DNA of 59,933 bases, the filler included, from Sphacelaria rigidula (lineage: Eukaryota), in NCBI GenBank assembly GCA_964200075.2. It is 6 parts of 6 records of this genome, joined end to end, with 100 filler letters (N's around TTAATTAATTAA, not from the genome) between each part and the next. Parts side by side here need not be neighbours in the genome. Positions count along the whole stretch, not along the records: positions 1 to 9,907 come from CAXNAA020007511.1; positions 10,008 to 19,913 come from CAXNAA020007512.1; 4 more parts are not named here. The stretch is one strand, 5' to 3'. The notes beneath the pieces are model-generated. The model was not told the origin of the DNA. It did not search any database and saw only the letters and a list, made by a program, of their open reading frames with translations. Below are positions 1 to 10,472 of this stretch, piece by piece (positions within the stretch are counted from its first letter, which is position 1; every line of letters starts with the position of its first letter). The position numbers and the translations under genes were made by a program.

Positions 1-1640
1 CTCGCACTCGATCACCAAGCGCGAATCGCCGTGGTGTATTCGACGAGTCGCACGAAGGGTGAGCTGCACCCTGCTAAGATCGTGCGGCGCGAAGCCTAGT
101 GATTATCTTGCATTTGGATGTCAGCCTACCAAGAGTTGCTTGATTTTCTGGTATCGCCACTTGCAGAGACAGCCACGGCTTATACACTGCCTCATGGGGG
201 TTATACTTGGAAGTGATCATGTGTGCGTCCGGCCTGATAGCTTCGGGCTTATGAAGAATGGCGCACATGGTTGTGCAGGATTCTATTTTGAAGACGTCTA
301 ACAAATATGGAGTCGTACTTACGCATTTGTCTTAACAAACGGTTGGCAGAAAAATCACGAAAAATTACGACTTTAAACTGACCGTAACCCCTATCCAAGG
401 CATACGATAACGCAAGGGCGATGACGGTGCAAAAAGTGCTCCGTGAAAAGTGTGCGTTGGGAGATCTCCAATCGGCACATGAACGCGTTGTGGGCAGACT
501 GAATTTGAAGCGGGACAGATTTACTTGGGAACTACTTTGAGAGTATTCTAAAACTCAGCGTTCGTGCGGTCTAATCTCACGGCCGATCACGCCCGCACTC
601 ACATGTTCCACCACAATACACCACATTGCCCCATCGCACAGCACCAGCTAAACAGAGTGCCGCGGCAGCGAGCAGCGTCTTGTTTGTTTTACGGAAGACG
701 AAACAGACAACACACCATGAAGTTTTCAACAGTGTGCAGACAGCATCGCGTGCCGACCAACATTATTTTCTACAGAGACGGGCACAACGACAATATCGCA
801 GCTCAGGCAATCCAAACCGTTTTCGCGATGCCGAAACACACGACAGTACAATGAAAGGTGCAGCACATGAAAGAGGGCGTGAGTGTGTTTGTGCTGCAGT
901 ACAGTGAAACAAGACACGTCCCATGTTCTAGTCCTTTGCCTGATTTTGAGCAGGTCCCCGATTTTCAGCGGGCGCCGAATTCGAATGCTCGAGCATGATC
1001 ACGCTTCAATTAAGGCACCGGAAGAACAGAGAAAGAGCCGCTTCAATGATCTAGAATAGAACTACTGTACAAGTAAAGTACGAGTACAGTATAATTCCAC
1101 CATATCGTCAAGCAGCACAAGTTGGGGGGGGGGGTTGTAACTACGTTACATTCGCGAATTTCCCAGATTTCCCGCTATAGGTTCAAGTTTCTGGCGATTT
1201 AAATAGGGTGATGACCTATTATTTCATATCCTCTTGAAACTAGTTGTAGGTCTTATTTATTTCCATTCATGAATCGCATCCCTGGGTCCGTTTCTTCTCC
1301 CCACTCCTCGAAAACTTTACATCGTAGATGAAAAGGTTGGGTCCAGGTGGCCCTTAACCCTTGGACCGCGAAGGCGGCCCATGTGGATCACGCATACTAT
1401 TTTCAAGTGAAATTATTGCCAATTCAACAGATGACATACTCGCGCTGTCTAAAGGTTAAAAGCGCCCACAAGGCCTTCTCTTCTGAGAAAACATCGTGAC
1501 AGTCCCGCCGATGTTTGGAGTATGGTACCCCTAAAATATGCGTTTATAAAAGCTCATGTCCACCGGGCTTTTCATCAGACAAAATGACAAATTATCTTTG
1601 TTGCACAAGAGTATGACAAGTTGGAGCAGCAGCCTTTATC

Positions 1641-2544
1641 CAGGCTGTTGCTCTTTGTGCGCGCATATAATTTCGCGTGAAACGGGGTTTTGCGCCTAAT
1701 CATATGCGTTTTTCTTCAAACACATGTTTTCGGAGATTTCAGCATAACGAAGGCATGAAACCTATGTTTTACGCATAACTTGGCGCATATAGTACTCCAA
1801 CGTGATCATGCACCCCATGTCCAGCAGCTAGTACCTGCCCACGGGTGCTCCATGTGGCGTGGTTCGTGGAGCCGTGGCGTTTGTGTTCGTAATTTCTTTT
1901 TTCTAACATTGTTGCGGGTCAGATACCGGTTATGGTGCTGTATGTGAGTTACTTCATGTTTACGTGAAACTGATGAGAAAACAAATGTGTAATATTTCAC
2001 ATCAAACAGCGGCTCCCGCCACAACGTCACACACCAAACAGTCTAACAGACAACTGTACAGTGTACAGCGCAAAGCGCACAGTGCACCGACAGTACAGCA
2101 GTGAGCGCTACACCACTATGGCAGAGCAGAAAGCGGTTGAGGTGACCGAGGTGCGGAATTCCGCGCCCCAACAGCGCGACGCGAAGGAGACCGCTGAGGA
2201 GCAGAGGGCGAGAGAAGAAGCGCAGATTTTTTTTTCTTTAATTTTTCAATCATTATTTTTTTATTGTGGCCTTCAAAATCAATGAACGGAGGAAAATCGA
2301 GCGATCTCTTCTTCTAAGCAATCGTGAAATCTCGAAATGTTCAACGTGTCATCTTGTTTTCTTGCTGGAAGGTACGTTCCATGGGCGGTGCAGCCAGGAA
2401 TCCGCCAGGAACTGCCTCAAAAAAGACGCGAAAAACGCGCATAAGTCGCGCATATTACACCAAGAGACGCATAAATCGGCGCATAATGTTCACTTTGGAA
2501 CATGAAAAAGAACGGAAAAAAAGCGCATTAAGAGCAGAAGCCTG
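1641..2544 (+). mobile_element. Non-autonomous hAT-like DNA transposon
   Basis: TIRs CAGGCTGTTGCTCTT / CAGGCTTCTGCTCTT; degenerate 8-bp TSD cctttatc/tctttatt; many subterminal CGCATA motifs. Confidence 0.7.
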
Positions 2545-2612
2545 TCTTTATTCATGGTTGAGCACGGAGGTTCGAGTTTTGATGCGGCGTCGTTCGTCCG
2601 CTGCAAATACTC

Positions 2613-2782
2613 CACACATTGGACACCATATGGTCAATAGATGCAACAGACGAGAAGTGTACTGCATAAAGTATAGGCCTATTGCGACTATTGTCGGCCG
2701 GCAATAGTTGCAATAGGCCTATACCTTATGCAGTACACTTCTCGTCTGTTGCATCTATTGACCATATATTGTCCAGGGTGTG
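2613..2782. mobile_element. Foldback MITE, CACACCCTGG-TIR family
   Basis: About 85-bp near-perfect inverted arms with almost no loop; TSD aaatactc/aaatgctc. Confidence 0.82.
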
Positions 2783-3609
2783 AAATGCTCTCACAGCTTT
2801 GCGCCTGTACATATGTATGTGTGTGTGTATATATATATATATATATGTGTGTGTGCTGCGACTTAGTAAAACCTTTGTAAACGTCATACCGCATGCGGTG
2901 GTGGCACGATCACGCCTCATGGTGACCTCCACCTACCTAGAATTAAAATACGGTGCTATCCCCTGTACCCTGTACTGTAATCACCATAACACGGATGAAT
3001 ATATCCATCTATATCTGTTTATGTGTGGCAAAACGGCTCGGTTGGTCCGGATCTCTCATTTTCTTATGTAGGCAGTGTGTCCTTCACCATACCACTTAAT
3101 CCGAACCCTCGAGATAAACAGGCCAACAAGAGACGGCCTGCACAAATAGGCGCTGTAGGAGTTATGAATCTAGCCCCACATTTATCCTTAGATCCCTTTT
3201 TTCCCCCTGAGGGCGTGTCTTCGCAAATTAGTTTTCGAACGAAAGTGTGCGGTGGAAAACAAAAATCTCCGTCTGAAAGGTCGAGATTTCAACCATCGTC
3301 GATAACTTTGAAGATGTTTGAAGTCACGACCCATCAGATTGGGATTTTTGTTTTTCACCGCACAATTTCGATAGAAAAATGATGTGCTGGGACACAGCCT
3401 GATTACCCTAATAGAATAAGAGGCTATGATCAGGCACAGATGGGGAGGGCGGGGACGGGACGGGACGGGGGGGGGAGGGGGGGGGATTTCAGGTGACTCA
3501 ACCGTATTTCGAAGTCAAAGGATCTTTGCCGAAAAATATGTCACGATCTCCACGTTAGCACCCGCACACTACACATACCACACACATACTACACGCAAAA
3601 CAAACACAC

Positions 3610-3771
3610 CTTATCATCTCGGAACATCGACCGACACCCCGAGTTCTCCATCTCTACGAGAACCTTCGCGTGCTTCAAAATCAGCTCAGTTTCCACGATG
3701 TGCTTGAGCTTAGGCTCCGTCCCCGCTGCCAAGTAATTGATGCACCGCGCCGCCTCTTCCCCTAGCCGGTC
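3610..3771 (-). CDS. CUL3: Cullin-3, internal exon (4 of 4)
   Basis: cag|DRLGEEAARCINYLAAGTEPKLKHIVETELILKHAKVLVEMENSGCRSMFRDDK|gtgtgt; 162 nt; MENSG motif; continues the previous exon in phase. Confidence 0.92.
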
Positions 3772-3779
3772 CTGTACGC

Positions 3780-3892
3780 CCCAATCCCAGCCCGAGTCCC
3801 AGTCCCGTACCAAAACCCAGTCCCGATTCCAGCCCGAGTCCCAGTCCGGGCCCGAGTCCGCGTCCCAGTCCCAGTCCGAGCCACAGTTCCAG
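3780..3892. repeat. Degenerate hexamer array (CCCAGT/CCGAGT)n next to a cullin acceptor
   Basis: Direct reading. Confidence 0.9.
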
Positions 3893-4775
3893 CACATCCG
3901 CAAAAAAAAAAGGGGGAAAGCACGAAACACGGCGAGGCATCATCGAGAGGGAGCAACATAAAAAAACGAGGGAAAAAAAAACATCGCTTTCAGTTCGTTT
4001 TAATAGACGGTAGTCAATTCTTCATTCTTAAATAGCTTAATTCTTCACAGTTTCCGTGCCTTGATACTTTTGATTGTATACTTGTTTTTCGACCTGCTAC
4101 CGTTCGCCGATATACGCCAAACGAACGCTCCTGCCCTTGTATTTTTGTTTTTCATGACCTGCTGTTTTGTAAGCTAGGCGGTAGAGCTGACTAACTTCTT
4201 CATTGTGTGTTTTGGTATCTGGATCACTCCCGGCCCAACGCTGTGCAATTTTTGTTTCTGTTTTGTTGTGTTTGTCTCTTCACTTCATTTCTCGCTTCCT
4301 CTCGTATATTTACTTCCTTCCTTCAGGTGAGATTTACTTTCATAGCGAGTGTGCGCGTAGGTTTAACCCCCCTCCCCTCCCCCCCTTCCCTGGGTGTATC
4401 TCCTCGCCCACGTCCCATTTTCATTATTGATTGCCACCACGGCTACTGCGTTTGTATGTAACGGATAAGTTGACAGTGAGACAAACAGAAGAAAAAAAAG
4501 AAGGAAAAAAGAGCATAACAAAGAAACAACGGAAAAAAGAAAAGATAAATAAAAAGGAAGAAAAGAAAAAAAAAAAAGAGAAATAGAAAGAATATATAAT
4601 AATCACTCAACTCAATCAAATCGCTGTTATGACAAACGACACTCTCACCAATTTTCAACCGAAAAATGGAACCAATCAAACTCAATCAAGCACGACGACC
4701 ACCAAAATCGATCACAATCAAGCAAAACAAGAACAAAAACCACCAGACCAATACCGTACAGCGTCATCACCCTAC

Positions 4776-4988
4776 CTCCGCCTTCTTCATATAGGCCGGA
4801 CACGTATTCCGGGCTATATACTCCTGGCTCTCGGCCCTGTAAAAGGCCCGAGTGGTGGCCAGAAAGTCCCTCTCGAAATCATCCTCGTACACCGCCACGC
4901 CATCCACCCCCAGACCACTCAGCATGGACAGCGACGTCTTCATCAGATCCCGGTCGATTAGCCGACTCGCGCGCTCGTCCGCGATGTT
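4776..4988 (-). CDS. CUL3: Cullin-3, internal exon (3 of 4)
   Basis: cag|NIADERASRLIDRDLMKTSLSML...VYEDDFERDFLATTRAFYRAESQEYIARNTCPAYMKKAE|gtaggg; 213 nt, phase 0/0. Confidence 0.93.
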
Positions 4989-5089
4989 CTGAACATCATA
5001 AACCATACAGGTGAGACATCATAAAGATATGTGGAATGGTGATTGCTCGACAGACACTTGGAAGAATTCGTCCCTTTCATGCGGGGCCG

Positions 5090-5459
5090 GTCGCCCCGGT
5101 GGCTCTCGCCGGTAACCTCGAAATCTTCTGACGGTTGGGTCGTGGGTTCAAATCTCGGAACGATCTGGGATTTTTTCTCACACCATGCCCACCCAACAGT
5201 GAAGAGCGACTATGTCGTGGGCACACAAAATTCATCTTAATGGTCGACGAGAGAAAGGAATTGCTGAACCCCTCTCGCGATGAAAAATAAAGGCAAGCAC
5301 TGTAGAAGGAAGGTGGGAATACCAAAAACAAACAGAAACAATAATAACCTCCTGTGTTGACCGTCTTCCTGTGTCAGCCCGGCTAGTGCGCCCACATATA
5401 CCGAAAGGTCTAGACCGGCGTCCAGGATAGATGGGACGACAACACAACACAACGCACAC
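5090..5459 (+). mobile_element. tRNA-derived SINE (rearranged copies at 26578-27060 and 42955-43350)
   Basis: tRNA-like head with A box TGGCTCAGTTGG and B box GGTTCAGATCC (clearest at 26831-26910), shared body, CAACA-type tail. Confidence 0.75.
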
Positions 5460-6352
5460 GTGGTGGTTCCCACGTCACCTCCCCCTATCATGAACCTCTT
5501 GGAGGTGTTGCAGGAGTACCCTTTTACGCCGGCTACCGGTTGGAATCTCACCTCCTTCCTTCAAATCTCTTTCACGTGTGTTGAAGCATCCGACCAACTA
5601 TCGCTGTAGGAGATTTTCCGTGGGCTTTGAACACCGCTACAGAGGATACCCGCTTCTTTTTTTGCTTTCACCATTTTGGCGGGGTTCGGGATTTGAACCC
5701 GGGACCTTTTCATCGTGAAGTCTACGAGCCATCTCGTGGTGTCGCCAATATGGAATGGTGGTTCCTCCACAAGCACTTGTTGGAATTTGTCTCTTTCATG
5801 TCTTTGTTCCCACAGATATACAGATACAACGAATACGAGAAATATAGCGCCAAAAAAATTAGGGCCAGTTCGTGCAGTGTTACCCCAAGTTTACCTACTT
5901 TTATTATCCTCGGTATCAGCGGCGTATTTCCATCTTCTTCCCTCATTTTATTTTTTCTCGCCTGCGAAGTCTGCTTCTTGCCAGACATGATAAGTGCTTC
6001 TCTCATCCAACACGGTAAAAGAAAAAAAAAATCCAGTAATATTTAATTTTCTGCTTCTCCCGACCATATGGGATTTATTTCCGCTTTCCCCCGCCTCAAA
6101 CAAAACTGAAGGAAAAACTCCGACGTCAAATTTTTCAGAAAAGATAGTTCGTCAGTCTTGAATTGATCTATTGCCTGGCCTGGTGAAGAAAATCTGCTCT
6201 CACACTTCTTTCTCCACACCCTGGACAACATGTTGTCGAAAAGTCGCCATAGAGACAAAAAGGTACTGCGCAAAGTATAGGCCTATTGTAACCATCGTCG
6301 GTACACTTGACGCGGTACAATTTTCTTCTAATCGTTCGATCGACTAGCTCAC

Positions 6353-6514
6353 CTGTAGAATCAAGGATTGTAGCCTCCCCTTGACTTTTTCGTGCCGCGC
6401 CACGGAATCCCTAAAGACGACCAGCCCCATCTCGTACACCGGCATTTTCTTGTTGAAGTTTACAAACGTGCGATCCATGTACATCAAGATGTCCCTCACC
6501 ATCTGCATCGTTAC
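6353..6514 (-). CDS. CUL3: Cullin-3, internal exon (2 of 4)
   Basis: cag|VTMQMVRDILMYMDRTFVNFNKKMPVYEMGLVVFRDSVARHEKVKGRLQSLILQ|gtgagc; 162 nt; RDILMYMDR is characteristic of cullin-3; this frame is absent from the ORF track. Confidence 0.93.
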
Positions 6515-8824
6515 CTGAGTAGTGCGAGAAAGTACAGAACAGTTCCGTCAGGGTCGGACCCATGATCACTTGATTTGAGCGATTGACTACAGTAGTCAGC
6601 GTCAGAAGTATGCAGAATTCGTAATCTTTTCGTTTCTCCAAAAATTTCCAAATTTGTTTCGCTTGCCACCGCTCATCACAGTGACTGTGGGATGCCAAAA
6701 AATGGACATCTGGAGATAGCTCTATCTTTTTGAGAAATATTGAAAGAAAAAATACCTGCGATCAATATTGAGTGACTTACGGGCTTGACCGATCTTCGGA
6801 GGGTCCTGCGAAAGTGCAACCCCAGGTTCTAGCTTTTCGGTATTTCCGGTGGGCCGACTCGATTACTTTTTTTTATTCCACCTGTTCACTGCGCTGAAGC
6901 CGGAAAACTATGTTTCTGGGACCATTCACGGTCAATAACATCCTCCTGATTAACGGGGTCTTTACTCCGTACCGCCCCCACAACACCAACTTGAGCATTG
7001 TGATTTGAGTATGGTCTGCTTATTTCGCCGAAACTATCGACGCTAGCACTTCCGAGTGCTCATAGAAAATGTTACGCGAAAAAAACAACTAAAAGAGGAC
7101 ATACGCATAAAATGCTAGACTGAGCTCTGTGCAGTATAGGAGGGAAACACGATGTTGATCGTTATTGTGAAGAATTGTATACGTGCTCATTCATCTCAAT
7201 ATTTACCGTTTCGTTGCGGAAGAGGCGGAAAACGGTTTTATTGGACCAAAAACGGTCAATAACACCCTCCTGATAAACGGGGGGTATCTAGTCCATATGG
7301 CCCCGGGAGCACCAACTTGGGCACTGCAGTTTGAGCGCGGCCTACGTGTTCCCCTTAAGCTACCGGCGCTAGAACTTTCAAGTAGTGATGAAGAATAATA
7401 CTCGAGAGAAACTCAAAACTGCAACAACCACGAATTCCGAAGACTTCTGATGCTGGATAAAATTAATTGATTGAGTGATTGATTGTCGCACTTTAACTGA
7501 CCCCCCATGGATCCAGCCGTGGTCGCATGATGGACGTACCCAAGACAAAACAAAGCTGAAACACTCGCTGAAGAAAAAGAAGGAACAGAAAAAGTCGAAC
7601 AGAACGACATGGTGGACTAGGAAATGAGTGAAAAAAAATAATCAGTTGGGGGTTCATTCATCAAGCATATTTATTGCAAGCACAGTTCAGCAGGGTACGT
7701 ACGATAGATGGAAAACACTTCCTGTGGCCCCGTAAGTCTGTTTCATCATGGGTGTTTAGTCGTTTATCGCATGCACAGTTCAGCAAACGAATGATGGGGG
7801 AGAAAAAATACACACATGCACAACAACGATCGTTATTCATGTTCAAACTTCCTCTGTCGCTCAAGTCTGCTCCGTTGTGGGTATTCGGTCGTTGGGATAC
7901 AACAACGGTTTCAGTGACCAATGCTTTAGTCGGGTTTGTGATAAAGATACAACGCAGACGATGCCAGCGCCAAAGGGTCAAAGTATACCCCACCAACCCA
8001 ATTTTGGCTCTCTTTTTTGTCCATATCTTCTCGAGGATTCTTTCAACCATTCTCCGTAAAAACTCCCAATTTAGCCCAACATGGTCATCACAACCACGAT
8101 GGACACCCCTCGTAACCCACCACCTCGCCAACCGGGTGCCGAGCTATTATTGGGTCACCACTACGCAATATCGGCGGAGATTGCGATGGCTATTGCGCCT
8201 GTCTTTACACGAGTTCTTGCCCCTGGGAACGAGGCAGCATGTGGCCAGTCTCGGACCGGGTGTTTCTTCAACGCCCGTTCGGTCTCATGGGGGCAAGCGG
8301 CAATTTCTGGGAAAGAATAATAATCTGAATGACAATAATGATGATAAACGCCACAGAATGAAGTATGAAGAAAAAAACGACGCACGATGCAGCATGGAAA
8401 AAAACGAAACACAAGAAGCAGAAGAAAATTAAAAAAAACGACTCTGATAAGGACCCGTACAACCATGACCAGGCAGACTGACAGGATAGAGGTCGTATGC
8501 AGGGTTGTGTCATGTAGGTAGGATATACCAGCTGAAATTCAGGTATTTACATGAGTACAAAAGAGGTATTTTATCCGTGAATACGAGTACCATTCCTAAC
8601 CGAACCAAATTGATTCAGAACAAGCCTCGATACCCTGTCGGATACGGGCATCTGGACATGACTGGATGGTTTCGATTAATATTTCTACGAAAAAGGAACA
8701 CAAGGCGGAGATAAAACAGGACTTTGATCGTTTGGTTAATTTTTTGTTTTTGGACTAGTGGAAGATAATATATCGGAATGCTCGGTACAGATTTCGGCAT
8801 GGTTTAGTGAACCAACCAAAATTG

Positions 8825-9120
8825 AGGGGACCTCGAAGAATGAATGTACGTGAACAAAGGTTGGTACTACGGAGATACCGCCAACCCTAACCCCGACCAA
8901 GGCATACCGAGAACCCTCGGGCAAGGGGGGTGCAAGGTGTTTCTACAGAGAAATGGGCGTTGCCAGAGCTCAAGTCGACGCCTTCGAGCCGATTTTGGAC
9001 CAAAATACGTGCTGGACGAGCTGGGTCTACAGCTCACCACTGCTCACCTGCCTTAGCTCATGAATTTCCTCAGAGCTTTCTTCATTTTGCAATCAGGTAA
9101 AATCGAGTACCAAGCATTGT
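8825..9120 (+). repeat. Dispersed repeat with CCCTAA-like motif (second copy 49640-49900)
   Basis: Alignable about 250 bp: CCTAACC.CGACCA.GGCATACC..GAACCCTCGGGC.AGGGGGGTGCAA...CCACTGCTCACCTGCC. Confidence 0.72.
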
Positions 9121-9715
9121 CTACGTACATTTCTTCCTCTTTAGGTCGACTGACAAAATCCCCCATTTCTGGGAATATCATATCTAAACATAACACAACC
9201 TTGGAAGTATGTACTTACTGGTGGATTAATATAACAGGTTAGCAGACCTCACAAGCAGCTAACACGGTGAAAAACATTACAATCCGGAGCCGAGCCTTCG
9301 TTCAAGTTTTTTTAGCTCAATCATGAGATGCTGAACAGCATCATTTCCTACTACGCTGTCCCTCAACATTCACGTGTTCCGTTCGAGTCGGTGCAGGATG
9401 TAATGAAGTATCCGAGACTGCAAGCAGAACGACAACGAGCCAACGGCGTGTCTTAGCACATTGGTTTTCGATTGAAAATATGCGGTGGAAAAGAAAAACT
9501 CCGATATGATAGATCGTTATTTCAACCATCGTCGTTTATTTTGAAGATGGTTGAAATCACGAACTATCAGACCGGCATTTTTGTTTCCCACCGCACCTTT
9601 TCGATCGAAAATTGATATGCTAAGACACGGCCTAGTGGGTGAGAATTTTATGCCGCATACACGTGCGGCATGATTATTTCTCCGACCACAACTCACCATT
9701 TTCCATTTCACGTAC

Positions 9716-9802
9716 CTGGTGATCTCCCCACTGAGCGCTAAGATCGCGTAGCAAACGGTCGTCTGCAGCACTCGCTATAACCTCCCCTACCTTTCCTAGG
9801 TG
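9716..9802 (-). CDS. CUL3: Cullin-3, internal exon (1 of 4 visible; gene partial, spans 3610-9802)
   Basis: cag|HLGKVGEVIASAADDRLLRDLSAQWGDHQ|gtacgt; 87 nt, phase 0/0; cullin N-terminal W-x-DH motif. Confidence 0.9.
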
Positions 9803-9907
9803 CTGGAAGAAACAAGGAAAAAAAAAAAAGAGAAAAGAGGAGAAAAAAAAAAAATATATATAGAACAAAAAAGAACAAAGAGGGCAACGGAACAGCCAAC
9901 AACCAGC

Positions 9908-10007
9908 NNNNNNNNNNNNNNNNNNNNNNNNNNNNNNNNNNNNNNNNNNNNTTAATTAATTAANNNNNNNNNNNNNNNNNNNNNNNNNNNNNNNNNNNNN
10001 NNNNNNN
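9908..10007. other. Artificial contig spacer (also 19914-20013, 29919-30018, 39924-40023, 49929-50028)
   Basis: 44 N + TTAATTAATTAA (stops in all six frames) + 44 N, identical five times. Confidence 0.98.
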
Positions 10008-10328
10008 AAAAAAGTTGGAGCGATTTGAAATTCTCGCAAAAGCTAGACGGAGTCATAACTTGATAAAAACGGGGGGGGGGGGTAGCTTCCGTCACCAATT
10101 TTCAACTCACGCGCAGAAGACCCTTGTTGAGTTTGTTTCAAACTCCTAAAATTTGGCAAGACATGCAACATTTCGTGTGACACCGCTGCGCTCCTGTGAT
10201 CCAACTGCCGCAGGATGCTCCAGTTACGAAGGATGGGTGTTCGAATCCCGACTAGACCTTCCATTCTTTTGCACAATCTGGCTTTCGTCGTTATAGGGCA
10301 GGTTAATCTTCTATAGATGACATTTTCG

Positions 10329-10472
10329 CACACCCTGGACAAAAGATTGATTGCATTGCCAAACAATATACTGGGTACAGTATGGCATCTTTTGTCTAGG
10401 GCGCAATAGACAATAGATCCTATACTGTACTCAGTATATTTTTTGGCAATGCAATCTATTGCCCAGGGTGTG
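10329..10472. mobile_element. MITE, CACACCCTGG-TIR family (also 23960-24098, 51292-51423, truncated copy at 6215)
   Basis: TIR CACACCCTGGACAA...TTGCCCAGGGTGTG; 8-bp TSDs cattttcg/catttttg, ataaatgc/ataaacgc, gaatatta/ggatatga. Confidence 0.8.

Noticed and set aside
5678..5748. Functional tRNA genes (also 10190-10260, 23875-23942, 26831-26910)
   Set aside because: Only box-like motifs remain, acceptor stems do not pair well, and several are fused to repeat bodies; treated as SINE heads or pseudo-tRNAs
7674..8432. 252-aa ORF (also 14732-15418, 20341-20712, 48554-49147)
   Set aside because: They run through tandem repeats or low-complexity purine tracts with no recognisable motif
9952..9963. 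TTAATTAATTAA as a biological site
   Set aside because: Six-frame stop linker centred in every N spacer
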